Assembly (NCBI GenBank): GCA_964474315.1
Contig: CAYYSX010000002.1
Location: 8,938 to 72,937, forward strand
Origin: an uncultured Verrucomicrobiota bacterium
GTDB taxonomy: Bacteria > Verrucomicrobiota > Verrucomicrobiia > Limisphaerales > UBA9464
Length of the DNA: 64,000 bases
Direction: 5' to 3'
The translations under genes were made by a program, and so were the position numbers. Below the pieces are notes generated by a model, which was not told the DNA's origin, did no database searches, and saw nothing but the letters and a program-made list of their open reading frames with translations. Shown here piece after piece: positions 55,294 through 64,000 of this stretch. Within the stretch, counting starts at the first letter, position 1; each line of letters begins with the position of its first letter.

Positions 55294-56517
55294 ATGCGAA
55301 TCTTACATCGGCTCTGCTGGCTAGTCGGGGCGCTACTCGCAGTTGGAACGCTGCTCGGACAGATCGATCCGGACAAACGCAAGTTGGTCCAAGCCGGCTA
55401 TACCCAGCCGCTCCAAGGCCAGTCTCCGGTACAGGCGTACGCCTATTTTTATTGGAACGAACCGTACTTCCCGTGGACCAATACGACCTTACGGACGGCG
55501 GTAGCCCCGACTTACGTTGACGCGGAACTGGGATTTCGCGATCTCCTTCGCCGAGGAACATCGGTTGGCCTTGGAGTTTCCGGGGGCGCCTTTGCTGATA
55601 ATTACGCGGAGATCAACGAGAGCACCTTTCTCAAGGAGGAGTCGTTCTTCGGCATGTCGGGGGGAATCAATGCGTCCTTGTACCACACCTTCAATCCAAC
55701 GGAAGAGGGCAAACGGCCCAGTTCGATCGCTGAGGTGCCGCTGCAGCTCATCCTGCGCAATACGTTTCGCGGGGTTTTCTATAGCGACCAAAACAACACG
55801 AGCCCGGACTTCGAGCTACCCGACAACCAGCCGACCTATAATTTGCGGACTGGCTTGCGCTGGGGCGGACGAGAACCGCTGCTTTCGCCGACGGCGGCAT
55901 TTGAAGCCTCCGTTTGGTACGACCTCGAACAACGAGGTGATCCGGGGGCCTATGGGTTCGATGGAGACCGAAACCTCGAGCGGACCACTCAACGGTACTG
56001 GGCCCGTCTCCTGTTCTATTGGACCTTTACTAATCAGATGCAGCTTCAGGTGAACTTGACGGGCGGCAGCAGCACGGATGCCGACCGCCTCTCCGCGTAT
56101 CGGCTGGGCGGCAGTCTGCCCGTGGCAGCGGAATTTCCCCTCATGATTCCGGGCTACTTCAACCAGGAAATCAGCGCGAAGCACTTCGCGCTGCTGCATG
56201 GGATGTTTCTCTATCCGCTCACGTCGGACGGCCGTTGGAAGGTCGGAGTCGTCGGGTCCTCGGCGAACGTTAGCTATTTACCCGGATTCAGTTTGGGCCA
56301 ACCGTGGAACAGCGGCGTCGGGGGAGGGGTCAAGTACACGTCGCCGTCGGGCGCCTGGCAGTTCGTCCTCAGCTACGGCCACGGGTTCAACGCGATCCGC
56401 AGCGGAGAGCGTGGGGCGGATAGCGTCACCCTCGCCATCCAGTATGACTTCCTGGAAGACCGCGGCCGCTTTTTTCAAAGACTCCTGCCTGCGCACTGGC
56501 GCGGTTCCTCATTCTAA
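55294..56517 (+). CDS. putative outer-membrane beta-barrel protein
   Basis: 407 aa from ATG 55294 (MRILHRLCWLVGALLAVGTLLGQ signal). Alternating-polarity strands rich in Y/G/N. C-terminal residue is Phe (...WRGSSF). No named family recognised. Confidence 0.45.
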   Translation: MRILHRLCWLVGALLAVGTLLGQIDPDKRKLVQAGYTQPLQGQSPVQAYAYFYWNEPYFPWTNTTLRTAVAPTYVDAELGFRDLLRRGTSVGLGVSGGAFADNYAEINESTFLKEESFFGMSGGINASLYHTFNPTEEGKRPSSIAEVPLQLILRNTFRGVFYSDQNNTSPDFELPDNQPTYNLRTGLRWGGREPLLSPTAAFEASVWYDLEQRGDPGAYGFDGDRNLERTTQRYWARLLFYWTFTNQMQLQVNLTGGSSTDADRLSAYRLGGSLPVAAEFPLMIPGYFNQEISAKHFALLHGMFLYPLTSDGRWKVGVVGSSANVSYLPGFSLGQPWNSGVGGGVKYTSPSGAWQFVLSYGHGFNAIRSGERGADSVTLAIQYDFLEDRGRFFQRLLPAHWRGSSF

Positions 56518-56580
56518 AGGCGACGAACAACGGCCAGCCGGGTTTGCGGCTTTGGGTCGCCGGCGTCATCCTCGTCGTTC

Positions 56581-58500
56581 GTGAAAGCATTCCTCGCCGC
56601 CGTGTCCCTCGCCGCTTCCTTTTCCGTCGTCGCCGAGGTTCCTGACAACCTGGTGGTGGAGGGAGTTCCTTCGATTCCCCCCGCCCTGAAGGAACAAGTC
56701 CGGCCGTATCTGGAGTTTCGTACCGCGGCGTTCCAGTCCTGGCATCCGACCCGGCGCGAGATGCTGATCACCACGCGCTTTGCGGAAACGCCCCAGCTTC
56801 ATCTGGTTGCGCAGCCGCTGGGCGCTCGGCGGCAGTTGACGTTTTTCAGCGAACCGGTGGCGGGAGGGAGTTTTCGTCCGCGCTCAGGCGACTATCTGGT
56901 ATTTGCCCAGGATACCGGCGGCGGGGAGTTCTATCAGTTGTATCGGTTCGATCCGATGGACGCTCGCGTAACGCTCCTCACCGACGGCCAATCGCGGAAC
57001 ATGGGAGCTGCTTGGGCGAAGTCGGGAGACTTCCTCGCCTACACCAGCACCCGGAGAAATGGAAAGGACAACGACATTTATGTCATCAATCCCGCCCAAC
57101 CGGAATCGAACCGGATGGTGGCGGAGGTCAGCGGCGGGGGTTGGTCCGTGGCCGACTGGTCGCCGGATGAGTCCACGCTGCTGGTAAGCCAGTATGTCTC
57201 GATCAATGAAAGTCATCTGTTCCTGCTGGAAGTGAAGTCGGGCCGAATGACGCCACTCACTCCTCCGGAGGCCAAGGGAGTGGCCTGGGCCGACCCGTGT
57301 TTCAGCAAGGATGGGAAGCAGGTGTTCGCCACCACGGACCAGGACGCTGAGTTCCGCCGCCTCGTCCGGCTTGATCCTGCCACCGGGGCGGTGACGGTGC
57401 TGACTCCAGACCTCAAGTGGGGCGTGGAATCGATCGAGTTGTCGCCGGATGGAAGCACCATGGCCTTCATTGCGAACGAAGATGGCGCCAGCGTGCTGCA
57501 TTTGCTCGACCTGGCGACCGGCCACGACCGGCCCGCTCCGAAGCTTCCGCTCGGGGTGCTTGGCGGGTTGGAATGGCATCCGGACGGCAAGGAACTGGGC
57601 TTCTCGTTCTCATCCGCCAACTCCCCGGCGGATGCGTGGTCGGTGGAAGTAGCCAGCGGCAAGCTAACCCGCTGGACGGAAAGTGAAACGGGCGGTCTGG
57701 ATGCCAGCCGGTTCCGGCAGCCGACCTTGATCCGGACGCAGTCATTCGACGGCCTAGTCATTAGCGGGTTTCTCTTTCAGCCGGATCCCGCGCGGTTTCC
57801 TGGGAAGCGTCCGGTGATCATTAACATTCATGGTGGACCGGAAGCACAGACCCGCCCTGGTTTTCTCGGCCGGAACAACTTCCTCCTGGATCAGCTCGGC
57901 ATCGCGCTGTTGTACCCGAACGTCCGCGGGTCGAGCGGCTATGGGAAGACGTTTCTGACGTTGGACAACGGGAGGAAACGCGAAGATTCGGTGAAGGACA
58001 TCGGAACGTTCATCGATTGGGTTGGCCGCCAACCGGACCTGGACGCGGGACGTATCGCGGTGATGGGGGGAAGTTATGGCGGTTACATGACGCTGGCGTC
58101 GCTGACCCACTTCGGCGACCGATTGAAGGCCGGGGTGGACGTGGTGGGTATCTCGAGTTTTGTCACGTTTCTGGAGAACACGCAGGATTACCGACGCGAC
58201 CTGCGCCGGGTGGAGTACGGCGACGAACGCGACCCGGAGATGCGACGATTTCTCGATTCGATTTCGCCGCTGAATAACGTGGCGAAGATCCGTTCCCCGC
58301 TGTTGGTGGTGCAGGGGTTGAACGACCCACGGGTTCCTGCGACGGAAGCCGAGCAGATGGTCAAGGCGTTACGGGGGCAGGGTGGCACGAGCTGGTATTT
58401 GATGGCCCGCGACGAAGGGCATGGATTCGCCAAAAAGAAGAACGCGGACTTTCAGTTTCTCAGCACCATCCTTTTCCTACAGGATTTTCTGCTGGAGTAA
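56581..58500 (+). CDS. S9-family serine peptidase (prolyl oligopeptidase/dipeptidyl aminopeptidase type) with N-terminal TolB-like propeller
   Basis: 639 aa. Signal peptide. Nucleophile elbow VMGGSYGGYMT, then later LLVVQGLNDPRV and ARDEGHGF (Asp/His of the triad). Confidence 0.9.
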   Translation: MKAFLAAVSLAASFSVVAEVPDNLVVEGVPSIPPALKEQVRPYLEFRTAAFQSWHPTRREMLITTRFAETPQLHLVAQPLGARRQLTFFSEPVAGGSFRPRSGDYLVFAQDTGGGEFYQLYRFDPMDARVTLLTDGQSRNMGAAWAKSGDFLAYTSTRRNGKDNDIYVINPAQPESNRMVAEVSGGGWSVADWSPDESTLLVSQYVSINESHLFLLEVKSGRMTPLTPPEAKGVAWADPCFSKDGKQVFATTDQDAEFRRLVRLDPATGAVTVLTPDLKWGVESIELSPDGSTMAFIANEDGASVLHLLDLATGHDRPAPKLPLGVLGGLEWHPDGKELGFSFSSANSPADAWSVEVASGKLTRWTESETGGLDASRFRQPTLIRTQSFDGLVISGFLFQPDPARFPGKRPVIINIHGGPEAQTRPGFLGRNNFLLDQLGIALLYPNVRGSSGYGKTFLTLDNGRKREDSVKDIGTFIDWVGRQPDLDAGRIAVMGGSYGGYMTLASLTHFGDRLKAGVDVVGISSFVTFLENTQDYRRDLRRVEYGDERDPEMRRFLDSISPLNNVAKIRSPLLVVQGLNDPRVPATEAEQMVKALRGQGGTSWYLMARDEGHGFAKKKNADFQFLSTILFLQDFLLE

Positions 58501-58508
58501 TCGGTGCT

Positions 58509-59402
58509 CTACAAGTAGCGGGCGAAGTTCGTTACAAACCAGGTGATCAGGAGCGCCACCCCGAGAGCCCCGAGAGCCGCCGCGCCGAGGGCCGCCCATC
58601 CGCTCAGCGGGAGTCGTAGCGGTGACGAGGTACGGCCCGCTTCCTTTTTGGAGTACAGGTGGCGGGCGATTCCTAACGTCACCAACGTCATCGTCAGCAG
58701 CAAGGGCGCGGTGATACGACCGCTAAGCCGTTCCCAAAAATAGTCTTCCAGCAGCAGGCCAGCACGCAACCCAGTGAGCGAACCCAAGGCACCCCAGACC
58801 CAGGCCGTGTAGGCAACTGCCCGGGTGGTGGCGAGCGCGGCGACCGTGAATCCAATCGCCAAAGCCGCCAACGGTGCGATCAGAACCACCGCATACAACA
58901 TTTCCGGATGCCGTAGTTCCACCATGGCAATGCCGGCGGACACAAAGAAGCTCAAGATCAGGTCCGCCAGATGGTGATACAGCACAAATACGTTCATGAG
59001 GGTGAACAGCAGGAGGACCCCGAAGGCGAAAAGCAGGCGTGCGTCGAATCGCTGCCGTCGCGTGGCCGGCTGAGAAAAGGAAAACTCCTCGCACCCACCC
59101 ATCACATCGCTTCCCCCGAAGGCCGGCCCACCGATGATCGCCACGAACCCACTCAAGGCCAGAATCCACAATGGATGGGCCACTCGAGGCAGCAGCCACA
59201 CCGCAGCGAGCCACAGCACGAAAAAGCCAAGAATCAGCCGCGAATGGGAAAACCACTCGCCCCACAGCAGACCACGCCAGAATCGACGGCGTGAACCGGT
59301 CCGGATCCCCGCCGGGACCGGTGCTGCCGGACGGTCCACCAGCCGCGGCGAGGTCTCCGAGGTCACCGACGTGTTCATGGATGCAGCGTCCGAGAACCGC
59401 AT
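58509..59402 (-). CDS. polytopic membrane protein, unknown function
   Basis: 297 aa from ATG 59402; the maximal ORF from 59531 would overlap the upstream gene by 70 nt. About 6-7 hydrophobic helices. No motif recognised. Confidence 0.5.
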   Translation of the reverse strand: MRFSDAASMNTSVTSETSPRLVDRPAAPVPAGIRTGSRRRFWRGLLWGEWFSHSRLILGFFVLWLAAVWLLPRVAHPLWILALSGFVAIIGGPAFGGSDVMGGCEEFSFSQPATRRQRFDARLLFAFGVLLLFTLMNVFVLYHHLADLILSFFVSAGIAMVELRHPEMLYAVVLIAPLAALAIGFTVAALATTRAVAYTAWVWGALGSLTGLRAGLLLEDYFWERLSGRITAPLLLTMTLVTLGIARHLYSKKEAGRTSSPLRLPLSGWAALGAAALGALGVALLITWFVTNFARYL

Positions 59403-59460
59403 CGGAACCCGGTCCTGATTGGAGTTTCTGGGTTGCCAGCGTTCATCGGACGATTTGGAG

Positions 59461-60207
59461 CTAGCGCAACGGCACCCCTTGGGTGTCGGTGTAGAATTCC
59501 CACGGATAGTCGGAGCCAGGAGGCTCGGCACCTGTGACTCCAGGTCGAAACACCCTCCGGCTGGTCACGGTCCCGTCCCGCTGCGCACGCAGGACCAATC
59601 CCTCGTACCGGAGGAAATCCTTGAAGTTCGGGGCGGTCGCCGAAGTGGGAACACGTACGCCATGGAGTTGGCAAATCGCCATGCCGGTTTCCGACCCCAT
59701 GGCGGCCAGCCGTTGCCACGCCTGCCGACGCCAGGACAGCGGATGCAAATACGAGAACGGCTCCGTTTCATTCACTTCCAGTAGTTCGAGCGTCCACGAT
59801 CCCGACTCCGGGTCGCGCAGGTCGTTCTGTCCCATCCAGGGTTCCTGCGACGCATTGGCGATGTTTCCCCAAAACAGGTTGGTGATCATACCCCGCCGGA
59901 GAGCCGGATCCGACGGGCAGATGAATCGGTTGGTGGCGCGGCCCTCGTGGGTATGCTGGATCACCCGGGAGAGTGACCGGGGACGTTTCTCCGTGTCGGA
60001 AGTGTACAGCTCAATGGCCCGAACGACCTGACGGAGATTCTCTCGACAGGTGACTTGCTGCGATCGGACGCGAGCGTGCGCAACCGCGGAGCTCGCGAGC
60101 GTGGCGAGTGTAGCGACAACTGCCAGCAGGCTCAGCAGTTCCACCACGGTGAAACCGCCCGTCCGGGCCGACCCCTCCGCCCGTTGAAGGATCCCACGTC
60201 GCGTCAT
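59461..60207 (-). CDS. prepilin-type N-terminal cleavage/methylation-domain protein (pseudopilin-like, degenerate H-X9-DG type)
   Basis: 248 aa from an ATG that overlaps the upstream stop (ATGA at 60204-60207). Class-III signal ...ARTG|GFTVVELLSLLAVVATLATLA with Glu at +5. C-terminal LRAQRDGTVTSRRVF resembles the DG(S/H)V motif of PVC pseudopilin-like proteins. Confidence 0.75.
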   Translation of the reverse strand: MTRRGILQRAEGSARTGGFTVVELLSLLAVVATLATLASSAVAHARVRSQQVTCRENLRQVVRAIELYTSDTEKRPRSLSRVIQHTHEGRATNRFICPSDPALRRGMITNLFWGNIANASQEPWMGQNDLRDPESGSWTLELLEVNETEPFSYLHPLSWRRQAWQRLAAMGSETGMAICQLHGVRVPTSATAPNFKDFLRYEGLVLRAQRDGTVTSRRVFRPGVTGAEPPGSDYPWEFYTDTQGVPLR

Positions 60208-63200
60208 GGTGTTGGAGGAATATGCCATACCCCGCCCAGATTCCGCGGGATCCACAGGCCGGAACTCAAGTCCGCGGCCGCAGCCCCTCCCGGAATCCAA
60301 AGCCCACACGGACGTTCCGCCACCGCAACCCCCTCCAGCACGGCGGGCCGAGTCGGATCCAGAAACCGCAGCCAGGATGATCCGTCGGAGGCCACGATGA
60401 CCTCGCCGAAGCCCGTCAACTCCGACACCGGCTGAGGGGTTTCCCGTCGGCCCAGGGCGACAAAGCTGCCGTCGGCCCCGACCCTCCAGGTTTCCAGGGT
60501 CCCCGATTGTCCGGTTGCGGCCGGCGCCCTACCCAACCAGACGACACCATCATCCCGAACCAAGGTAGGCTGCGGCCAAGTCCCAGGTAGTTCCAACGTT
60601 GTGACCAAACTGGCCTGAACCCCGTCGTAAGCCAGGGCCTGGATCTGTCTCTGGGAACCCTCCGAATCTACCTGGCTAACCTGCGTGTACAGCATCTCTC
60701 CCTCATGCGCGAGGCCGAGCAAGTCGCCCGGCAGACTGGCCGGTTCCCACACCACCGGCTCGGCCGGATCCGAATAATCCACCACATCCAATGTCCACGA
60801 GGACCGGGCTTCTTCCACCACTCCGGAAGCATCCTTCGGATCCTTGATTGGATCCGCGTTCACGGGGACCATCTGCACACGGTTCCGGCTGGTAAAGACC
60901 TTGCCGGCGGCGGCGAATGAGTCGGAAAACGTATCCCAAGTTCCCTCCCTGTTCTCGGTGCCCAGGACCCGAGCGGAGGTGAGAACCGGGGCGCCAGGAT
61001 CGGTCACGAGATATCCAAGAAAGTGTCGGATCGTCCCACCCCACCACCAGGGACTACCCCACCCCAAAGCCGGACGTCCCGGCGCAATATCGACGCTCGC
61101 CCAGGGCCACGGGTAAAATCCGTACCCGTCGTGCCCCGCCTCGGTCCACACCAGCACTCCCTCCCTCGGCCAGAGTGCCTTCCATTCACCGGCGTACTGC
61201 TGTTCCAAATTAGGTGCTTGGGTTTGCCCAAGGAGTGTCAGGGACTCGGCGCCCACCTCCAACACACTCAACCAAGTCTCCCCGCGGATAAGCTCGGAAA
61301 TCCATTCCTTGGTGACCACTTCTTGGCCGGAATCGCTCCGGTTGGTCTCCCCAACCTCGCGGCTCCGCCATTGGTCCGGCTGTAATTGAAGGAGGTAAAG
61401 CCGGGCGTTGCGCAGCGTGGCTCCGACGATGGGCGGACCGTCCAAAACCAGTCGCGCCAGCGGAGTTTCCGGATCGATCTTGGCCACCAGAGTAACCTCT
61501 GGTTGCAAAGTCCCGCCCTGGCGAACCTGGAGAAGGCGGGAGCCATCGAGAATGACCCGGTCCACTTCCGGAGCCAGCTCCAGCACCGACTCCACCACCG
61601 GATGGTCGCGCTGGGTCGCGTTGACGCTCAACAACTCTCGAGCCGACAACGAGAGAATCCGGTCACCGATCAGTGTAGCTCGACGCGCCTGCAAATCGTG
61701 TTCAATGACCCCGCGCAAAGTGAGTTGGTCTCGTTCCAAGTCCACCAACTGCACTCCGTTGAACCACTGCGGTTCCATCCTTGAAGCCCGCTGTCCGCTC
61801 CACGGCACCAACACCAGACCGGCGTCTGGAAAAACACGGAAGGCTTTTTCATCCCAGTTGGCCTCGCTGGCGGACCAGCCTTCGCCCAAGAACACCTTGT
61901 TCAGGAGCGTTGGATGGTCCGGATCCCCCACGTCGAACAGCGAAACCGCTGCCCGAGATCCCTCCACCCCCATGGCCAGCAGGCGATCTCCCAGTGGATG
62001 CAGATATTGCGAAAACCCAGGCACCTCGAGTTCGCCACGAACCCGGGGGCGAGCCGGATCGCTCAGGTCCACAATCCACAGCGGATCCACTTGCCGAAAG
62101 GTAATCACATACGCCCGATCTCCATCGAAGCGGGTTCCAAAGACGCTTTCATTGGTAACCAGGGTAAGGCCGGCCAGGCGGTTGGGGGCGCTGGGGTTCG
62201 CCAAGGAGAACGTTTCCAGCACGGCAGAAGGAGGCGTCCATTGCCACACCGGCCGTGTTCCGTTGCCTCCGGGTTCGGGCGTTTCTATCCATTGTCCCGT
62301 GCTGTCCGTCTGCGAAACCACAGTTAACACCTCCTGTCTGAGGCCCAGCTTGAACTTGTCAGCCACCCGCCCGGCGGTCAGCAACCAGCCTTTCGGACGA
62401 GTGACACCCCGGGGATCGCTGATATCAAACACGTGGACGGCGTGATTGCCCTGCAACGCCCAGGCCGCGATCCGCGCCAACGGATCAGGAGGAGTCGTAC
62501 CGGTCGTGGCAACGAACAGAAGTCGTTCCGTGGCTGCAATGGCATCGGGAGAGGCGGCGAGTTCGACCGGCTCCCGAACCACCGGAGCGGAAGGATTGGC
62601 CAAATCGAATGCGCTGACGACCGTCCGGCTTTGCCAGGGAAAATATTCGTAGCTAATGACCGTTCCTTGTTCGTCACGCCGCTCCAGCGGAGCCGGTTGC
62701 CACCACTCATAGGAAGCCACGTAGAGGGCGTCGCCAACCAGACGGCTCTCGCGAATCTGGCCGGGAATATTCAGTCGGCTCCGCAGCACCGGCTGGCCAT
62801 TGTCCACCTGAACCAGGATCAGTTCGCTTCCTGATGTGCAGGCTTGTTGGGTCAACAAGGCCACCCAGGCTGTTCCTTCTTCACCAGGCGCCGGCAGCAG
62901 CCGGTACATTTGTTCCCCCCAGGACAGGAGCGGCAGCGTGCCTCTCAGTCGGGGAGCTTCGGGCTGGCTCACGTCAATGACCTGAAGACCGCGCTGTTGG
63001 TTGAAAAAGTACCAGGTATCACCATCGAGGTACCAGATGTCAGACTCGACCACGGCGCGTTGTCCGCCGGTTTCCGTGGCGCTGTCTGCCGGCCCTGGAC
63101 CCAAGCCAAAGACCCCGTCGAAAGTACGGTAACTCCCGCTCACCGACGAGGTGGGCACGGCGCCAAACTCTTTCAGGCCGGAAAAGAAAGAAGCCGGCAG

Positions 63201-63587
63201 AGCCAGTTCCGACAACGCTTCATCCCGCACTCGAAGCATCTCCGTCCCGTCCCCCAGCGGCACGATGAACACGACTTCGGTGTCATTCCCCTCGCTCCAA
63301 CGGACCTCGCGCGGTTTCCAAGCGCCTTCGCGGAGCCGAGGACGTGTTTCCAGGGTAAGCCGTCGCGGTCCCGGAGCCAGACGCACGGTGATCCACAGAT
63401 CTCTTCCCACGGCGCGCACGTCGGTCACCGTCGTGGCTCTCTCCTGAGCAAAGATCTCCGGAAATCCTGGTCCTGCCAGAGCTGCAAACAGGACGATCAT
63501 CATCCCAAGCGAGATCGTTCCCGTCCTGGACCCCGGTGGCTTCCTGGCGCCGGACGGCGGTGTTCCTCTGTAGAGCTTGGCATGCAT
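60204..63587 (-). CDS. 1127-aa exported beta-propeller-domain protein (COG4880/Beta_propel-like)
   Basis: N-terminal hydrophobic anchor/signal (ISLGMMIVLFAALAGPGFPEIFA). Repeated blade-end motifs: VIDVSQPEAPRL, FDLANPSAPVV, VFDISDPRGV, FSLANPSAPN, SLFDVGDPDHPTL. Hallmark block DRAYVITFRQVDPLWIVDLSDPARPRVRGELEVPGFSQYLHPLGDRLLAMG. Confidence 0.75.
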   Translation of the reverse strand: MHAKLYRGTPPSGARKPPGSRTGTISLGMMIVLFAALAGPGFPEIFAQERATTVTDVRAVGRDLWITVRLAPGPRRLTLETRPRLREGAWKPREVRWSEGNDTEVVFIVPLGDGTEMLRVRDEALSELALPASFFSGLKEFGAVPTSSVSGSYRTFDGVFGLGPGPADSATETGGQRAVVESDIWYLDGDTWYFFNQQRGLQVIDVSQPEAPRLRGTLPLLSWGEQMYRLLPAPGEEGTAWVALLTQQACTSGSELILVQVDNGQPVLRSRLNIPGQIRESRLVGDALYVASYEWWQPAPLERRDEQGTVISYEYFPWQSRTVVSAFDLANPSAPVVREPVELAASPDAIAATERLLFVATTGTTPPDPLARIAAWALQGNHAVHVFDISDPRGVTRPKGWLLTAGRVADKFKLGLRQEVLTVVSQTDSTGQWIETPEPGGNGTRPVWQWTPPSAVLETFSLANPSAPNRLAGLTLVTNESVFGTRFDGDRAYVITFRQVDPLWIVDLSDPARPRVRGELEVPGFSQYLHPLGDRLLAMGVEGSRAAVSLFDVGDPDHPTLLNKVFLGEGWSASEANWDEKAFRVFPDAGLVLVPWSGQRASRMEPQWFNGVQLVDLERDQLTLRGVIEHDLQARRATLIGDRILSLSARELLSVNATQRDHPVVESVLELAPEVDRVILDGSRLLQVRQGGTLQPEVTLVAKIDPETPLARLVLDGPPIVGATLRNARLYLLQLQPDQWRSREVGETNRSDSGQEVVTKEWISELIRGETWLSVLEVGAESLTLLGQTQAPNLEQQYAGEWKALWPREGVLVWTEAGHDGYGFYPWPWASVDIAPGRPALGWGSPWWWGGTIRHFLGYLVTDPGAPVLTSARVLGTENREGTWDTFSDSFAAAGKVFTSRNRVQMVPVNADPIKDPKDASGVVEEARSSWTLDVVDYSDPAEPVVWEPASLPGDLLGLAHEGEMLYTQVSQVDSEGSQRQIQALAYDGVQASLVTTLELPGTWPQPTLVRDDGVVWLGRAPAATGQSGTLETWRVGADGSFVALGRRETPQPVSELTGFGEVIVASDGSSWLRFLDPTRPAVLEGVAVAERPCGLWIPGGAAAADLSSGLWIPRNLGGVWHIPPTP

Positions 63588-63835
63588 GACGGACGGTCTA
63601 GCAGATTCCCGTGCAAAAGTCTGCCTCAGCGATAAAGCCCATAAACCTCACGACGACAATGGTCCAACCAAACCGTCGAAAGGCTCAGATAGCTTGCCAG
63701 CCTGCGACCGTGATCGCAATCTGATGCCGAGTTGAGCCAGCCCGGGAAACCTCAAACATCGCCTTCCCGCCCTCGCGGGGGCGACGGCAGCTACGAAGTC
63801 GTTGCCCACACATTGATGACTTCGCGGCCACTGGT

Positions 63836-64000
63836 TTACCCGGGCTGGCCTGATTCTTCGTCGCTCTTTTGGCTCCGCGACGTCTCGTGGAACCAATCCA
63901 CAAAGATCTCCTCCAGCGTTAAAGGAAACACATAGACCCGCGCGCCCGGCAAGGCCTGGATCCCAGCGAGTTGGGCGTCGTCGGTCACACGAGCCAGAGC
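63836..64000 (-). CDS. C-terminal 54 codons of a probable ABC-transporter ATP-binding protein (gene continues beyond the right edge)
   Basis: Own minus-strand translation: ALARVTDDAQLAGIQALPGARVYVFPLTLEEIFVDWFHETSRSQKSDEESGQPG*. The ...LTLEEIFV... ending is typical of ABC-2-type ATPases. Short fragment, so tentative. Confidence 0.45.
   Translation of the reverse strand, partial: ALARVTDDAQLAGIQALPGARVYVFPLTLEEIFVDWFHETSRSQKSDEESGQPG

Noticed and set aside
63648-63903. Two overlapping minus-strand ORFs (82 aa and 72 aa) between the ABC-ATPase fragment and the propeller gene
   Set aside because: They overlap the better-supported ABC ATPase C-terminus in other frames and have no motifs. They are more likely spacer or promoter DNA for the propeller gene.

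Overview
High-GC bacterial chromosomal segment with PVC-superphylum hallmarks, most consistent with Verrucomicrobiota. The hallmarks are a DUF1501 protein, a PVC-type CxxCH heme-binding protein, DUF1080 proteins, a prepilin-type H-X9-DG-like protein and an Amuc_1100-type pilus-like cluster. About 48 protein-coding genes are supported. Housekeeping genes: valS (partial, left edge), eno, purU, the complete F1Fo ATP synthase operon atpBEFHAGDC, nth, pyrE, coaE, recG, an iscA/erpA-hscB pair, a delta-9-type fatty acid desaturase and an S9 peptidase. Accessory content: (1) a seven-gene pilus-like/secretin operon (37130-50455, minus strand) made of a PilM-PilN fusion, an Amuc_1100-like protein, a bitopic protein, a TPR/poly-Gly secretin and three giant secreted proteins, with no pilin, ATPase, platform or peptidase gene in the window; (2) a 1127-aa beta-propeller protein translationally coupled to a prepilin-type protein (59461-63587); (3) a sugar/aminosugar cluster (13762-20068); (4) an AT-richer island encoding a 3x alpha-CTD-like plus sigma-70 region-4 fusion protein (20366-21937); (5) a CPA2 antiporter fused to a cyclic-nucleotide-binding domain. 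Intergenic spacers carry at least three dispersed repeat families. The most striking has at least nine copies, a GCATCTTGA-type head and a TCCAAG[C/T] heptamer tail, sometimes arranged as inverted pairs. I found no rRNA, tRNA, CRISPR array, transposase or integrase. All functional calls rest on motif recognition by eye. No database search was run.
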